NCBI RefSeq assembly: GCF_006345805.1
Contig: NC_043004.1
Location: 70,556,001-70,620,000, forward strand
Length of the DNA: 64,000 nt
Source of the DNA: Octopus sinensis
Lineage: Eukaryota
Reading direction: 5' to 3'
Numbering within the stretch: position 1 is the first letter of the stretch; each line of letters begins with the position of its first letter. The notes beneath the pieces were generated by a model, which saw nothing but the letters and a program-made list of their open reading frames with translations, was not told the origin of the DNA and did not search any database. The translations under genes and the position numbers were made by a program. This document shows positions 11,974-24,460 of the stretch, in pieces.

Positions 11974-12840
11974 TAGTCCTATTTTCATCATGTTCTTTCA
12001 CTGCACTACCAAGTGTAGCTCTGTGTGCCTTGGGTATGTGCTGTGGTTTATTGTGGTGCTCTTATTTCCATCATATTGAAAGTGTTTTACATATGATGTG
12101 TGCGGTGCCTAGTAGTGCTATTTTCTGTATGCTATATATACTTGTAAGTCCTGGTGTTTTTGTAATGTATTTATTTGAATGTTTTTTTTTATCTTACCTC
12201 ATGTGCCTACTATTATAGGAATTGTTTCTGTTTTTAGATTCCACATTCGAATTATCTCTATTTCCAGAACTTTGTATTTTGAAAGTTTCTCAATTTCTTT
12301 TAGAGAAACACTATCATCTGCTGGTATTGATACATCAATTAGAAAGCATTTTTTTTTCTTGATGATCTCTGACAAATATATCAGGTGTATTAGCCTTGAT
12401 TTCTCTATCTGTATGTTTTGGCATATCCGAGAGTAGGGTTGCTTTCACATTTGCTGTGACCTTTTCTGGGGTGTGCCTATACGTTCTTTTTTTTTTTTTT
12501 GGTTATTTCACTGTGTTGGCATAGCTTCCTGTGTATATAGGTCCCAACTTTGTCGTGTCTGTGAATATATTCCTTCTAAACCAGGACTGGGCTGCCAGAG
12601 ACAATATGATTTATTGTTTCTTCTCCATCACCATATATTCAGCAGTTACTTGTTGTATTTCTTTACATTATATATTTTTGGTGATTTATAATGGAAAGGC
12701 TTTGATCTTGTGCTGCAATTAAAAATCCTTCAGTCTCTGCTTTGAGTCTTGAGCTTCTCAGCCATTGTTAGGATTTTGCTTTGTCTATTTCTTTTCTGTT
12801 TAGCTTAACCCAATATTTGTCACGATGGCACTTTCCTTGC
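11970..12840 (-). mobile_element. R4/Dong-like non-LTR retrotransposon 3' portion (zinc knuckle plus RLE endonuclease), pseudogenised
   Basis: Minus strand with stops and shifts: KYWVKLNRKEIDKAKS*QWLRSSRLKAETEGFLIAAQDQS...NC*IYGDGEETINHIVSG...EYIHRHDKVG...PDI...CFLIDVSIPAD...KEIEKLSKY. Ends in (AAT)n. Confidence 0.8.
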
Positions 12841-12842
12841 CA

Positions 12843-13270
12843 TTTTTTATTATAATTATTATAATCATTATTATTATTGCCTTTGCACAGCTTCTAATGC
12901 TGGAGATGTACTACACTGTCAGCTGTTCACTACCAGTGAACTAAGGTAACACCTCTTATTTTTCAAGCACCTTCCGAAGTTTTTGAGCAGTTCCAAGCTG
13001 TGCTGTTTTCTGCAAGTGCTCCACCCTTATTGCAGCCCCTATTTGTTCCATGTACTTCTCGAGATATTTGCTCACTGTTCCCAGGGCTGTGACACTTATT
13101 GGTACTACTGCTATCTTTTTCATCGACCATAACTGTTTAACTTCCCAAGCTAACCTGTCATATCTCTCAACTTTTCTTTCTTCCTTATTGCATACCTTGT
13201 TATCAGCTGGGCATGCTATATCTATGATCCAGCATAGTTTGTTTTCTTTCTCAATTAAGACAATGTCTGG
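12843..13270 (-). mobile_element. Second R4/Dong-like family: intact RLE domain fragment plus 3'UTR
   Basis: 13270-12956 is open for 104 codons: PDIVLIEKENKLCWIIDIACPADNKVCNKEERKVERYDRLAWEVKQLW...LQKTAQLGTAQKLRKVLEK* (PD..D..K RLE motif). (AAT)n tail. Confidence 0.8.
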
Positions 13271-13498
13271 CTGCTGCTGCTGCTGCTGCTGCTGTTGTTG
13301 TTGTTGTTGTTGTTGTTAGTACGCTAGATAAAATACTTAGTATTTCATCCACCTTTATGTTCTCAGTTCAAATTCCACCAAGGTCAACTTTGCCTTACAT
13401 ACTTTCGGGGTTGGTAAATTAAATACCAGTGAAATACTGGGTTGATGTTATTGACTAATCCCCTCCACCAGGTATCGTGCCTTTAGTAGAAAGGATTA

Positions 13499-13589
<91 letters not shown>

Positions 13590-13714
13590 TAGTTTTATTT
13601 TCATCATGTGCTTTCTCTTCACTACCAATTGCAGCTCTGTGTGCCTTGGGTATGTGCTGTGGTTTGCTGTGATGCTCTAATAGTTACTGTATTGAAAGTG
13701 TTTTGCGTAGGATG

Positions 13715-13715
<1 letters not shown>
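13590..13715 (-). mobile_element. 3' tip of the first R4-like family inside (ATT)n
   Basis: Matches 11970-12095 (GCTCTGTGTGCCTTGGGTATGTGCTGTGGTTT). Confidence 0.75.
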
Positions 13716-13745
<30 letters not shown>

Positions 13746-13759
13746 TTATTATTATTATT

Positions 13760-14112
13760 ATTGTGGCACATAAAAAGCGCCATCTGATCGTGGTCGTTGC
13801 CAGCCTCGCCTGGCCTCATTGCCGGTGGCACGTAAAAAGCACCATCCGATCGTGGCCGTTTGCCAGCCTCGCCTGGCCTCATTGCCGGTGGCACGTAAAA
13901 TGCACCATCCGACCGTGGCCGTTTGCCAGCCTCGTCTGGCACGTAAAAAGCACCCACTACACTCATGGAGTGGTTGGCATTAGGAAGGGCATCCAGCCGT
14001 AGAAACATTGCCAGATCAGACTGGACCTGGTGCAACCTTCTGGCTTCCCAGACTCCAGTTGCACTGTCCAACCCATGCTAGCATGGAAAGCGGACGCTAA
14101 ACGATGATGATG
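13760..14112 (+). mobile_element. Family D with about 2.5 tandem 63-bp modules
   Basis: The unit GTGGCCGTTTGCCAGCCTCGCCTGGCCTCATTGCCGGTGGCACGTAAAA(A/T)GCACCATCCGA(T/C)C repeats, followed by the family D body and (GAT)n. Confidence 0.8.
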
Positions 14113-14378
14113 ATGATTATTATTATTATTATTATTATTATCATTATTACTATTATTATTATTAAGGTGGTGAGCTGGCAGAATCGTTACCATGCTGGAG
14201 AAAATGCTTAGTAGTATTTTGTCTGTCACTATGTTCTGAGTTCAAATTCCACTGAGATCAAATTTGCTTTTTGCCCTTTCGGTGTCGATAAATTAAGTAC
14301 CAGTGAAACACTGGGGTCGAGGTAATCAACAATCCCCCTCTCCCACGGTCTCAGGCCTTATGCCTATAATAGACAAAG

Positions 14379-14670
14379 TTATTACTACCTCCGCCTTAGC
14401 GAAGGAAGAGGTATTGTTTTAAGTCATGTTTGTTTGTTTGTTTGTTTCATTGTCTCTTTTACACTTTTACTTGTTTCAGTCATTTGACTGTGGCCATGCT
14501 AGAGCACCACCTTTAGTCGAGCAAATCGCCCCAGGACTTATTCTTTGTAAGCCTAGTACTTATTGTATCAGTCTCTTTTACCGAACTGCTAGATCACGGG
14601 GACGTAAACGCACCAGCGTCGGTTGTCAAGCGATGTTGGGAGGGGGACAAACACAGACACACAAACACAT

Positions 14671-14705
<35 letters not shown>

Positions 14706-15179
14706 CATATATACAACGGGCTTCTTTCAGTTTCTGTCTACCAAATCCACTCACAAGGCTTTGGTCGGCCCAAGGCTATAGTAGAAAACACTTACCCAAG
14801 ATGCCATGCGGTGGGACTGAACCCGGAACCATGTGGTTTGTAAGCAAGCTACTTACCACACAGCCACTCCTATGCCTGTAGACAAGGTATCTCAAGAACC
14901 GTTGGATGGATTCGGATGAAATTTTTAGGGATGTTTGGCTTCAAGACTAGCATAAACTGATTAGATTTTGGGATTGATCTAGTACCGGAGCAGAATTCTG
15001 GATTGTTTTTCCTGTTTTTTACTTTTTGAGAGCAGTCAGGTTCATGTTTAGTATTCTCATTTGTGAGAGCAGTCAAGTTTATTTCAGTTATTCTCATTTT
15101 AAAACTCATCTCTGGCTAATCCTTGAGAGGATGTTGGTGTTGCCTTGGCAGAGGTTTGTGCTCTCTGAGTGCTCTTGTT
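14379..15179 (+). mobile_element. Helentron-associated (HINE/DINE-1-like) element containing a nested SINE A
   Basis: Sub-terminal inverted repeats ACCTCCGCC (14387-14395) and GGCAGAGGT (15147-15155), (GTTT)n near the 5' end, 3' hairpin GTGCTC-TCT-GAGTGC, TT flanks. Confidence 0.6.
14461..14876 (-). mobile_element. SINE family A, full length
   Basis: tRNA-like head, CORE-like GGCATCTTGGGTAAGTGTTTT, central TA/TG microsatellite, AAAAG(A/T)GT-type tail. Confidence 0.9.
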
Positions 15180-16839
15180 ATTATTATCATTATTATTAAG
15201 GCTGCAAGCTGGCAGAATTGTTAGTACATCAAACAAAATGTTTAGCGATATTTCATTAGTCTTTACATTCTTTGCTCAAATTCCACCAAGCTCAACTTTA
15301 CCTTTCATCCTTTTGTGGGATTGATAAAATAAGTACCAGCCAAACACTGGGAGCCAATGAAATTGACTTACCCACAACCCCGAAATTGCTGGCCTTGAGC
15401 CAAAATTTGAAACCATTATTATTATTATTATTATTATGCTGTTGGCAGAATCATTTCCGTGCTTAGCAGCATTTCATCTGTCTTTGCTTTGAGTTCAAAT
15501 ACCGCTGAGGTCAACTTTACTTTCCATCCTTTCGGGGTTTGATAAAATAAGTACCAGTTGAGCATTGGGGTTAATGAAATCAATTAGCCCCTCCTGCAAA
15601 ATTTCAAACCTTATGCCTTTGGTAGAAAGGCTTATTATAATTGTTGTTGTTGTTGTATATATTCTCACAAATTCACAAATTCAGTAACAGGTTTGTTTCT
15701 CTCTCTCTCTCACCTTCTCTCACTCTTTCATTCTCTCCCTCTCTCTTTCTCTTTCATTCTCTTCTATATCTGTCTCTTGCTTTCATTCTATCTCTAACTT
15801 ACACACACTCATACACAACATGCACACACACACATACACACGCACACACACACATACACACACACATTCATATACATACACATACATATATGCTATAACA
15901 GTTTTGTTATCTTTCAATTCTCCTTCACTTATCAATTAGTTTCTAAAACTTTCCATTTCTAAAATATTTGTTTAAGATTTTACATAATCGTAAAATATCA
16001 GCTATCACCCATTGAAATTATATACACACCCATTCAGTGTATACATCATTGTGTGTGTGTGTGTGCATGTGTGCGTGTGTGCCTGTTTGTTTATATGTAT
16101 GTGTGTCTACATATGTTTGAGTAAATGTGTATCAATATGTGAGTACATATGTATGTGTGTGCGTGTGTCTATGTGTGCATGTCTGTGAATATTTATGTGC
16201 ATGTATCAATATGTATGTACATACATATGTGGATGTGTGTGTGTGTGTGTATTTGTGTCCATGTTTGTGTATATGAGTGTGTGTATGAATATGAGTGCAT
16301 CTGCATATATCTGTGTGTGTGTGTGCATGTGTGTGTATGTGTCCCAAATATGTATGCTAGAGATGAATATAATATTTATTTATCAAAATGCTCTTAGGGA
16401 TCCCAAAGTCCTTAATCTGATACTTCTCCCTTACTTTACTACGTCAAATAAGTTATATCTCAATTTGGGAGGTCCAGCTTGTATCACATCATTATAAATA
16501 CATACAACATAAACCAATGAACAAACAAGCAGCTATGGGGTCTCGCAACCTACTAGACATAATAGTCAAATTTCCATCAAATGACATTCTACCTTCTTTG
16601 GCAGAATCATTAAAATGTTGTCAGACAAAATGCCTATTAATATTTAGTTTCAGCCGTTTGCATACTGAGCTTAAAAGCTACCAAGGTCAACTTTGTGCCC
16701 TTGATCCTTCCAGGCTGATAAATTAAAATACCAGTCAAATTGATATAGATTCCTATAATACCACCGAGATATCACTGGAATTATAAGAGATGAAACACTG
16801 GATAATGTAATCTTGAATACAGCATCATCATCATCATCA

Positions 16840-17265
16840 TAGGCACAGGAGTGGCTGTGTGCTAAGTTATAGGCACAGGAGTAGCTATGTGGTAAGTAGC
16901 TTGCTTACAAACCACATGGTTCCGGGTTCAGTCCCACTGCATGGCACCTAGGGCAGATGTCTTCTACTATAGCATCAAAGCCTTGTGAGTGGATTTGGTA
17001 GACGGAAACTGAAAGAAGCCCGTCGCATATATGTATATGTATATATGTGTGTATTAATGTATCTGTGTTTGTCCCCCACCCACCATCTCTTGACAACTGA
17101 TGCTGGTGTGTCTATGTCACCGTAACTTAGCGGTTTGGCAAAAGAAACTGATAGAATAAGTACTAGGCTTACAAAGAATAAGTCCTGGAGTCGATTTGCT
17201 TGACTAAAGGCTGTGCTCCAGCATGGCCACAGTCAAATGACTGAAACAAGTAAGCAAAAGTAAGT
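16840..17265 (+). mobile_element. SINE family A with duplicated 5' head
   Basis: ATAGGCACAGGAGT(G/A)GCT(G/A)TGTG(C/G)TAAGT occurs twice in tandem at the 5' end. Confidence 0.85.
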
Positions 17266-17864
17266 AAAAAGCAGCAACAGCAGCAACAACAGCAACACTA
17301 TCATGGTATCATTTTATATCTGCTTTTCCATGCTGGCATGGGTTGAACAATCTTTCTGAAGTGGTGTTTTACAGCCAGATGCCCTTCTTGTTGACAACCC
17401 TAACAACTCAGAGGGATGTGGTGTACTTATTCTAAAACCAGAAGACAAATGGTTAAATGTCATCATGGATAAGCTGTATGAAAATAAGATAGGTGGTCAT
17501 GGATGGCTGTTTGATCAGGGCTGACCCAGGGCTCAACAACAGCCATAATGTGTATACACTACCTTTGCACACCTATAAAAGTTCATCACTGATTGGAACA
17601 ATGACTTGGAAGATCCAGTGCTAATCTTGCGACTTGCTGACTAGGGATTACCAAGGTCATAAGTTCATAAAATCTCTCTCTCTCTCTCTCTCTTTCGCTT
17701 TCACACATACACACACGCGCACACACATATTTATCATCATTTTAACCTTTATTTTTCCATGCTTGCATGGGTTAGAAGAAATTCAATGAGGTGGATTTTC
17801 TATGGCCAGATACCCTTCCTGTCATCAACCATCACTTGTTCTTAAGCAAAGTAATAATTCTCCA

Positions 17865-18175
17865 GTAGAGGCACAATGGCCCAGTGGTTAGGGCAGCGGA
17901 CTCGCGGTCAGACGATCGCAGTTTCGATTCCCAGATCAGGCGTTGTGTGTGTTTATTGAGCGAAAACACCTAAAAGATCCACAAGGCTCTGGCAGAGGGT
18001 GGTGGCGACCCCTGTTCTACTCTTTCGCCACAACTTTCTCTCACTCTCTCTTCTTGTTTCTTGACTAACACTGCGATGGACTGGCGTCCCATCCAGCTGG
18101 GAGGAACACATACGCCACAGAAACCGGGAAACCGGGCCCATGAGCCTGGCTAGGCTTGAAAAGGGCAACAAAAAA
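17865..18175 (+). mobile_element. tRNA-headed SINE with V-domain-like motif, 9-bp TSD
   Basis: GCGATGGACTGGCGTCCCATCCAG resembles the V-SINE domain. TSD AATTCTCCA at 17856-17864 and 18176-18184; inserted in an older repeat. Confidence 0.75.
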
Positions 18176-19194
18176 AATTCTCCAAGAGCACAAATGGATG
18201 ATATGTCTTCATGGAAGACTGCAAATAAATGATACAACTAGTATGACAGTGGCAATTGTTTACAATTAACATGAGATGTTAACAATGATGATGAATGATG
18301 ATGATGATGACAGGCTTCTGCATAGTTTCTGTCTTCTGAATTTCACTAACAAGCGAAAGTACCGGTCGACCTGAAGTCATAGCAAACAATACTTGTCCAA
18401 GGCGGTATACATTGTCATATCGAACTCAGAACATCATGATTGAGAAACCAACTTCTTCGCCACACAGCATTGTGAGACCAATAATTTTATTCTTCTTATT
18501 AATGTTGTTGCTTCAGATCCTGCTTTTTCAAAGGATACCAAGAAAACAAAGGAATCACATCCCTGTGGAGTTGCAATATTGACTTTGATCTAACTAAGGA
18601 TAAGAAACGGTCTATGTTTTCCATTGTTTTCAAGAACAGACAATCAATGACTGATCATCTTACTGATATATCTATCCATTTGGGAGATATATTCTTGGGA
18701 GATATATTTATTTACACTTGTGGTCAAAAAAAATATTATTATGAGATTTAACAAAGATGGTTTAATATGTTTATCACATTAATGCATTTATGACATTGAT
18801 TGATATCATCATCATCATCATCATTATCATCATCATCATTGTCGTTGTCAACAACATTTAATATTGACTTCCTCGTGCTTGCATGGGCCAGATGGAATTT
18901 GTTGAGGCAGATTTTTTTTTTACGCCAGAATGCCCTTCCTGTGGCCAACCCTAACTTATTTCCAAGCAAGGAAATATTTTCCCAAAGCTAAAGTTGTTTT
19001 TCATGGAAGATTGGAAAGGAACAATCTCACTTCTTTCACAATGATGCTCCCTTACAACTATCACATGACGTCTAGACAAGGATACACACAAACACAGATG
19101 CATATGAATACATTACACACACACACACACACAAGTGTTCTACACTCACATACATACTGTCCATAATTCTTTTACACACCCTGTACTACCAAAT

Positions 19195-19498
19195 TGTTTG
19201 TTCCTTCTCGAGCCATGCCTGATTCATTAGGGCCAGTTTCCCGGTTCCCTTGGCGTATAAGTTCCCCACCTGGATGGGATGCTGGTCCATCACAGGTGAG
19301 CTGCAAGATGTAGGAGGAAAGAGTAAGAGAAAGTTGTGGTGAAAGAGTCAGCAGAAGTTTGCCATTACCTTCTGCTGGAGCCATGTGGAGCTTAGGTGTT
19401 TCGCTCATAAACACACACATCACCCGGTCTGAGATTCGAACCTGCGATCCCTCGACCATGAGTCTGCTGCTCTAACCACTAGGCCACGTGCCTCCACA
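19195..19498 (-). mobile_element. V-like SINE
   Basis: Head GGAGGCACGTGGCCTAGTGGTTAGAGCAGCAGACTC...GGTTCGAATCTC, then GTGATGGACCAGCATCCCATCCAGG; same family as 62031-62337. Confidence 0.8.
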
Positions 19499-19825
19499 AA
19501 TAATATTGAGGTGAGTTAAAAGTTTTGCAGTATTTGCACATGTACTACTTTGTGGCATATATATCACATGACCAAAACAATTTGAGCCATAGAAGGTACC
19601 TGCTGAGCTTGGTGGTATCAGGGTAGTTGGTGTACTGATACGTAGTGTATTACTTCACTCCATATGTCATTTGAAAGCCACTCAAATGAATGTGCAATGT
19701 TGTCTAATTCAGGAGCTTATGCTTTATGGGTTCAAATTGGGTCATTACACTCTGGTAATAATTACTGGTATTATTACTATAACTATACATGTTATATTCA
19801 CTACTGTTAATATTACTACATCCAG

Positions 19826-20092
19826 TTGAAAACGAGACTTTGGAATAAAAATAAGACTTTGGAATGAAAACGAGGCTTTGGAATGAAAACGAGGCTTTGG
19901 AGTGAAAACGAGGCTTTAGAATGAAAACAAGCTTTGGAATGAAAACGAGGCTTTGGAATGAAAATGAGGCTTTAGAATGAAAACAAGGCTTTGGAATGAA
20001 AATGAGGCTTTAGAATGAAAACAAGGCTTTGGAATGAAAACGAGGCTTGGAATGAAAACAAGGCTTTGGAATGAAAACAAGGCTTCAAAATG
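19826..20092. repeat. 19-bp minisatellite, about 14 units
   Basis: Consensus GGAATGAAAACGAGGCTTT with variants; no spacers between units. Confidence 0.9.
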
Positions 20093-20263
20093 ATATTTAA
20101 ACAGGGTTGTCTGCTGTCCAACTAGTTTGATGACTATAGCTACTGCTGATGGATAGTGTACCCTTGTTCTTAGAAGAGTAAAGCCTATTTTGGGCCAATC
20201 TTTTTCAACCTCCTGTATTACTGAAATTGAGAATTGCTATACTACAACAATTTACTCTTCTAA

Positions 20264-20730
20264 ATGGACAAAACACTATGCCTGGAGTTTTTCAACGTCA
20301 ATTCAGTCTCACCTACTGCCGGAAAATGGCATTTTACTTTTACTTTTACCAACTACCTAGACTTGCTTAATGCGGTAGAAGAGGATAAATTTCACCTGCT
20401 CACCAATCACATCGGCCCCCAACATGTTTGAATATATCAAGGACTGACTGCAACACATACAACGGAGCCCTTGACATTCTTATCTCACTATATGTGAAAA
20501 CAAAGAATGTAGTGTTAGCATGATACCTGTTATACACTTGCAAGTAGGAGTATGGACAAAGCTTAGATCAATACCTCCAGAAGCTCAAATGTTTGGTGAA
20601 AGACAATGGATACAAAGCTGGTTCAACTACTGAACATCTCAGTGAAGCTGTAAGAAATGCCTTCGTAAGTGGCATGCATTCTAGTAGCATATGCTGGTGG
20701 TTGTTGGAGCAAGACAACTTAGATCTCAAC
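20264..20730 (+). pseudogene. gag: Ty3/Gypsy gag N-terminal remnant
   Basis: With frameshifts and stops: MDKTLCLEFFNVNSVSPTAGKW...DKFHLLTNHIGP/NMFEYIKD/CNTYNGALDILISLYVKTKNVVLA*YLL...GQSLDQYLQKLKCLVKD...EAVRNAFVSGM...LLEQDNLDL. Collinear with a Gypsy Gag type (..YVKPKNEIFARHLL..Q..ESLD.YLQ.LK.L.KDC..RDAF.SG..RLLE..LDL). Confidence 0.75.
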
Positions 20731-20974
20731 TGGGCCTTCATCCTTTCAAGGGGTCAATAAAATAAAGTCCTGATTAAATACTAGTAGGGGTAGGAAGAGA
20801 TATAAGTAACTACCTCCCTTCTCTCATATTGAAGCCTTGTGGCTTCAATATTGTAATAGTGTAATCCAAATTTGAACCACCACCACCACTACAAGAGTAG
20901 ATGCTGAACTTTTACAATATTTCAATGCTTCAAACATAAGATAAGAGTACTTCTCAAAGGTCAGTAACTGTGTA

Positions 20975-21068
20975 TTGAACACATACACGCATAAATGCAC
21001 ACACACACACACACATGCACAGAGGCATGTAAACACACACATGCACATATGTGCTTGCACACACACAT

Positions 21069-21100
<32 letters not shown>

Positions 21101-22310
21101 CACAAGCACACATTCACACATTCACATTCACGAAACATATGCACAGCCACACATGCAAACTCAAAGCTATACTCACACACACACACACACAAACATACAT
21201 ATTCACACACACACTCACAGCCACAGGCATGCATGCATATGTTCACACACACACACTCACACTCATACAAAGAGGCATGTAAACACACACATACACAAAA
21301 ACACACACACACAAACACACATGTGCATGCACACACACGCACAGACACTAACACACACACACATACAGACACACATTTACACATTCACAGAAATATATGC
21401 TCAGCCACACACAAACTCAAAGCTATACACACATTCACACGCCTCTCATAGCCATAGGCATCCATGCATATGTTCACATATGTGCACGCACACATACACA
21501 TACACACACAAACACACACACACACACACACACAGCCACATGGGCACAAATTCACATGCACACCCACATATACACACATCACACATACACAGAAACATGC
21601 AAAGATGTGCAGCTATACATACAGACACACACACATTCATGCACACAACAGCCACAGGCAAGCTTGTGTCTCTTCACACACACACACACACATTTACAGC
21701 TACAAGCATGCATGTGTGCAAACACACAAACACATACACACAATGATATAAGCATGAGTTCACACACACTTATACACACACATATATGCTCACACATCCA
21801 CAGAAACATACACAGAAGCACACACACAGCCATAGATATATATACAGATGCACACAGACACACATACACACACAACAAATCCACAAGCATGCATGTGTCT
21901 ATTCACACATATATGCACACATACACACACATGCTTGTGGCTGTGAGTGTGTATGTGTGTGTGTAGATGATGTGTGGATGTGTGTGTGTGTAGATGGTAT
22001 CTGTATGTTTGTAGAAGGTGTGTATATATGTATGTGTGTACAGCCACAATCATGCTTGTGTGCAAATACACACGCATGCACACACATAAACACACACATA
22101 CATACACACACACACACACACATACACATCATACACAGCCACACACATACACACACAGCCACTCACACAGCTACAGACACAGCCACACATACATCCAGTC
22201 CACACACTCACTCTACTCACACAGATACATACACACAAATACACACACATACACACACACACACAACTACACACACACACACACACACACACAACTACAC
22301 ACACAGACAC
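20975..22310. repeat. CA-rich cryptic satellite with higher-order units and a local inversion
   Basis: Recurrent markers AGAGGCATGTAAACAC (21021, 21271), AAACTCAAAGCTATAC (about 21156, 21415) and CAGCCACAGGCATGC; TG-oriented segment at about 21935-22040. Confidence 0.8.
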
Positions 22311-22629
22311 AGTAATTAGGTCATCCATCCATAGGTTCCAATGATGGATATTCCAGTCTTTCGTGGTGTTAAGTGGTTGAGTATTTCCACAGATACCCTT
22401 AATACCCGTAATATAATCCCCAGTCACACTCAGTGTGACACTGTGTATGTGACAAGAGTGATTACCTTTTGAAATACAGGCACTCCATTCAATGACTATC
22501 CATACAGAATGTGTATCTTTTATCTTTTGCTTGTTTCAGTCATTGGACTGCTGCCATACTGGGGCACTGCTCACTTTGTTACTTTGAAGTGTTTAGTTAG
22601 AGAAATCAAACCCAGAACTTAATAGCATT

Positions 22630-22885
22630 CTATATTTAAGAGATGAGGAATTATGTACATTATTTACTTTATTTACATTTGATGGATATTTGTCCTCATC
22701 TTGTTTGTTATTAATACAATGTTTCGGCTGATATACCCTCCAGCCTTCATCAGGTGTCTTGGGGAAATTTCGAACCTAGGTTCTCATTCCTAAGGTATTT
22801 TTCTATGCTGTTATCATTATTACTATTATCATTATTATTATTATTATTCAGGTCACTGTCTGGAATCGAACTCGGAATCTTGGGG
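22630..22885 (-). mobile_element. Penelope-like pLTR-type fragment
   Basis: Contains GTTTCGGCTG...CAGCCTTCATCAGG, the PLE pLTR signature. Confidence 0.55.
22713..22758 (-). ncRNA. Minimal type I hammerhead-like motif (degenerate)
   Basis: Minus strand GACAC-CUGAUGA-A-GGCUG-gaggguauau-CAGCC-GAAA-CAUU-GUAUU: intact core, 5-bp stem II, stems III and I one change each from AACGUU and GACAC:GUGUU. Confidence 0.5.
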
Positions 22886-23378
22886 TTAGTTTTGAGGCTT
22901 CTTTTGGAGAGCCAGTTATAACTGTCCTAGGTTACATTTTAGCTTGTTAATACTATACATCTAATAAGCTGACCTGCCAACTCTTTGCTCACACCCTACT
23001 AATGCTAGCTTGTTACAATTCCATCCTTGTAACAATCTACTTGGGAGAGATGACTATCTAAACTGTCCCTCACCATCCCTATAGTCCAGGCTTTGCTCCC
23101 TGTAAGTTTTGGTCATTCTCCAGGCTAAAGAAGAACCTCAAGGACAGGTGCTTTTAAAATGTTGAGAAGATGGAGGCCGTGTCAAGGGTCCTGGGCACCT
23201 TCATTTTGGAGGGTTCTTCATGAAGTGGCTGGACTGCTACAAAAAGCATGTTGAAGTCACAGAATCCTGCTTTGAAGGAGATTAGAGCTTTGTACCTCTT
23301 TGGAATTAATAAATGTCTCTCTTGAAAAAATTTCCAAATTTTCACACACACACACACACACGCACACATATAAGTATG

Positions 23379-23412
<34 letters not shown>

Positions 23413-24249
23413 ATGTATGTAGGTATGTATGTATGTATGTATGTATGTACATACGTGTGTGTGTATATAGATAGATAGATAGACACACACACATACATAC
23501 ATACATGCATACATATATATATACATATGTACACTCATATATATATGCACACATACACACTTGTATATACATCACTAGCTTCCACATAGTTTCCATCATC
23601 CAAATTCACTTACAAAGGATTGTTTTGCCTTGGACTATAGTAGAAGACACCTGCTCAAGGTGCCATGCAGTGGGACTGAACACAAAACTACATGGTTGCA
23701 AAGTGAACTTCTTAAGCACATAGCCATGCTTATGTCTATGGCCAAGAGGCTAAGGAGTTAGTTTTGCAATCCTGATGCCTAGAGTTCAATCCCACAACAT
23801 GGAATCTTGAGCAAGTATCTTTTACCATAGCCTTGTGCCGACCAAAACCTTGTGAATGAAATTAGTTAGATAAAAACTGTTTGGAAGCCCTCATTGGATG
23901 GCTTGTAGCTGGCCTGACTTTCAGTAGGTCATGACAACGAGTGTTTCAGTTGATTCAATCAATGGAACAGCAAGTGGCTGAGTACTCCACAGACACACAT
24001 ACATAGTTCTTAGGGAGATTCAGCATGACACAGAATGTGACAAGGTAGGCTTTTGCTCTACAGGTACAACTCATTTTTGCCAGCTGAGTAGAATGGAGCA
24101 ATGTGAAATAAAGTGTCTTGCTCAAGGATACAGTGTGCCACTGGGAACTGAACTCTCAGCCTTGTGATTACGAGCCAAGTACCCTAACCACTAAGCTATA
24201 TGCCTTCACTAGATGGCTTTATTTTTTTTTAAAGCATTCACTCATTACA

Positions 24250-24460
24250 AGATCCTTAGACCACTGAATATGTAAGAGCTACTAGAATAAAATGGACGCT
24301 TGACAGAAGTCAATAGGTGACAATGTACATTAGACTTAAAAGACTGGAGGTCATATTGAAGAGGAAAACAGGATTGTGGAAAGGAATTTCGAAGTTCAGA
24401 GGTGCAAGGGAAGAAACTGGTACTGTAAAGTGCTTTACGACACTTAAGAGGTTGCACAGT
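24250..24460 (-). mobile_element. CR1/L2-group LINE 3' remnant
   Basis: SFFPCTSELRNSFPQSCFPLQYDLQSFKSNVHCHLL resembles the CR1-group ORF2 terminus (SFFPRT..LWNSLP...FP..YDL.SFK..V..HL). Confidence 0.6.

Noticed and set aside
18517-18751. Plus-strand open frame after an AG (SCFFKGYQENKG...YYYEI*)
   Set aside because: No recognisable homology, no donor and no partner exons.
19826-20092. CRISPR-like array
   Set aside because: Units are contiguous with no unique spacers, the context is eukaryotic, and no cas genes are present.
20845-22427. Long H/T-rich and C/V-rich ORFs (up to 231 aa)
   Set aside because: Translations of CA/TG microsatellite, open in several frames on both strands, with no splice or domain support.
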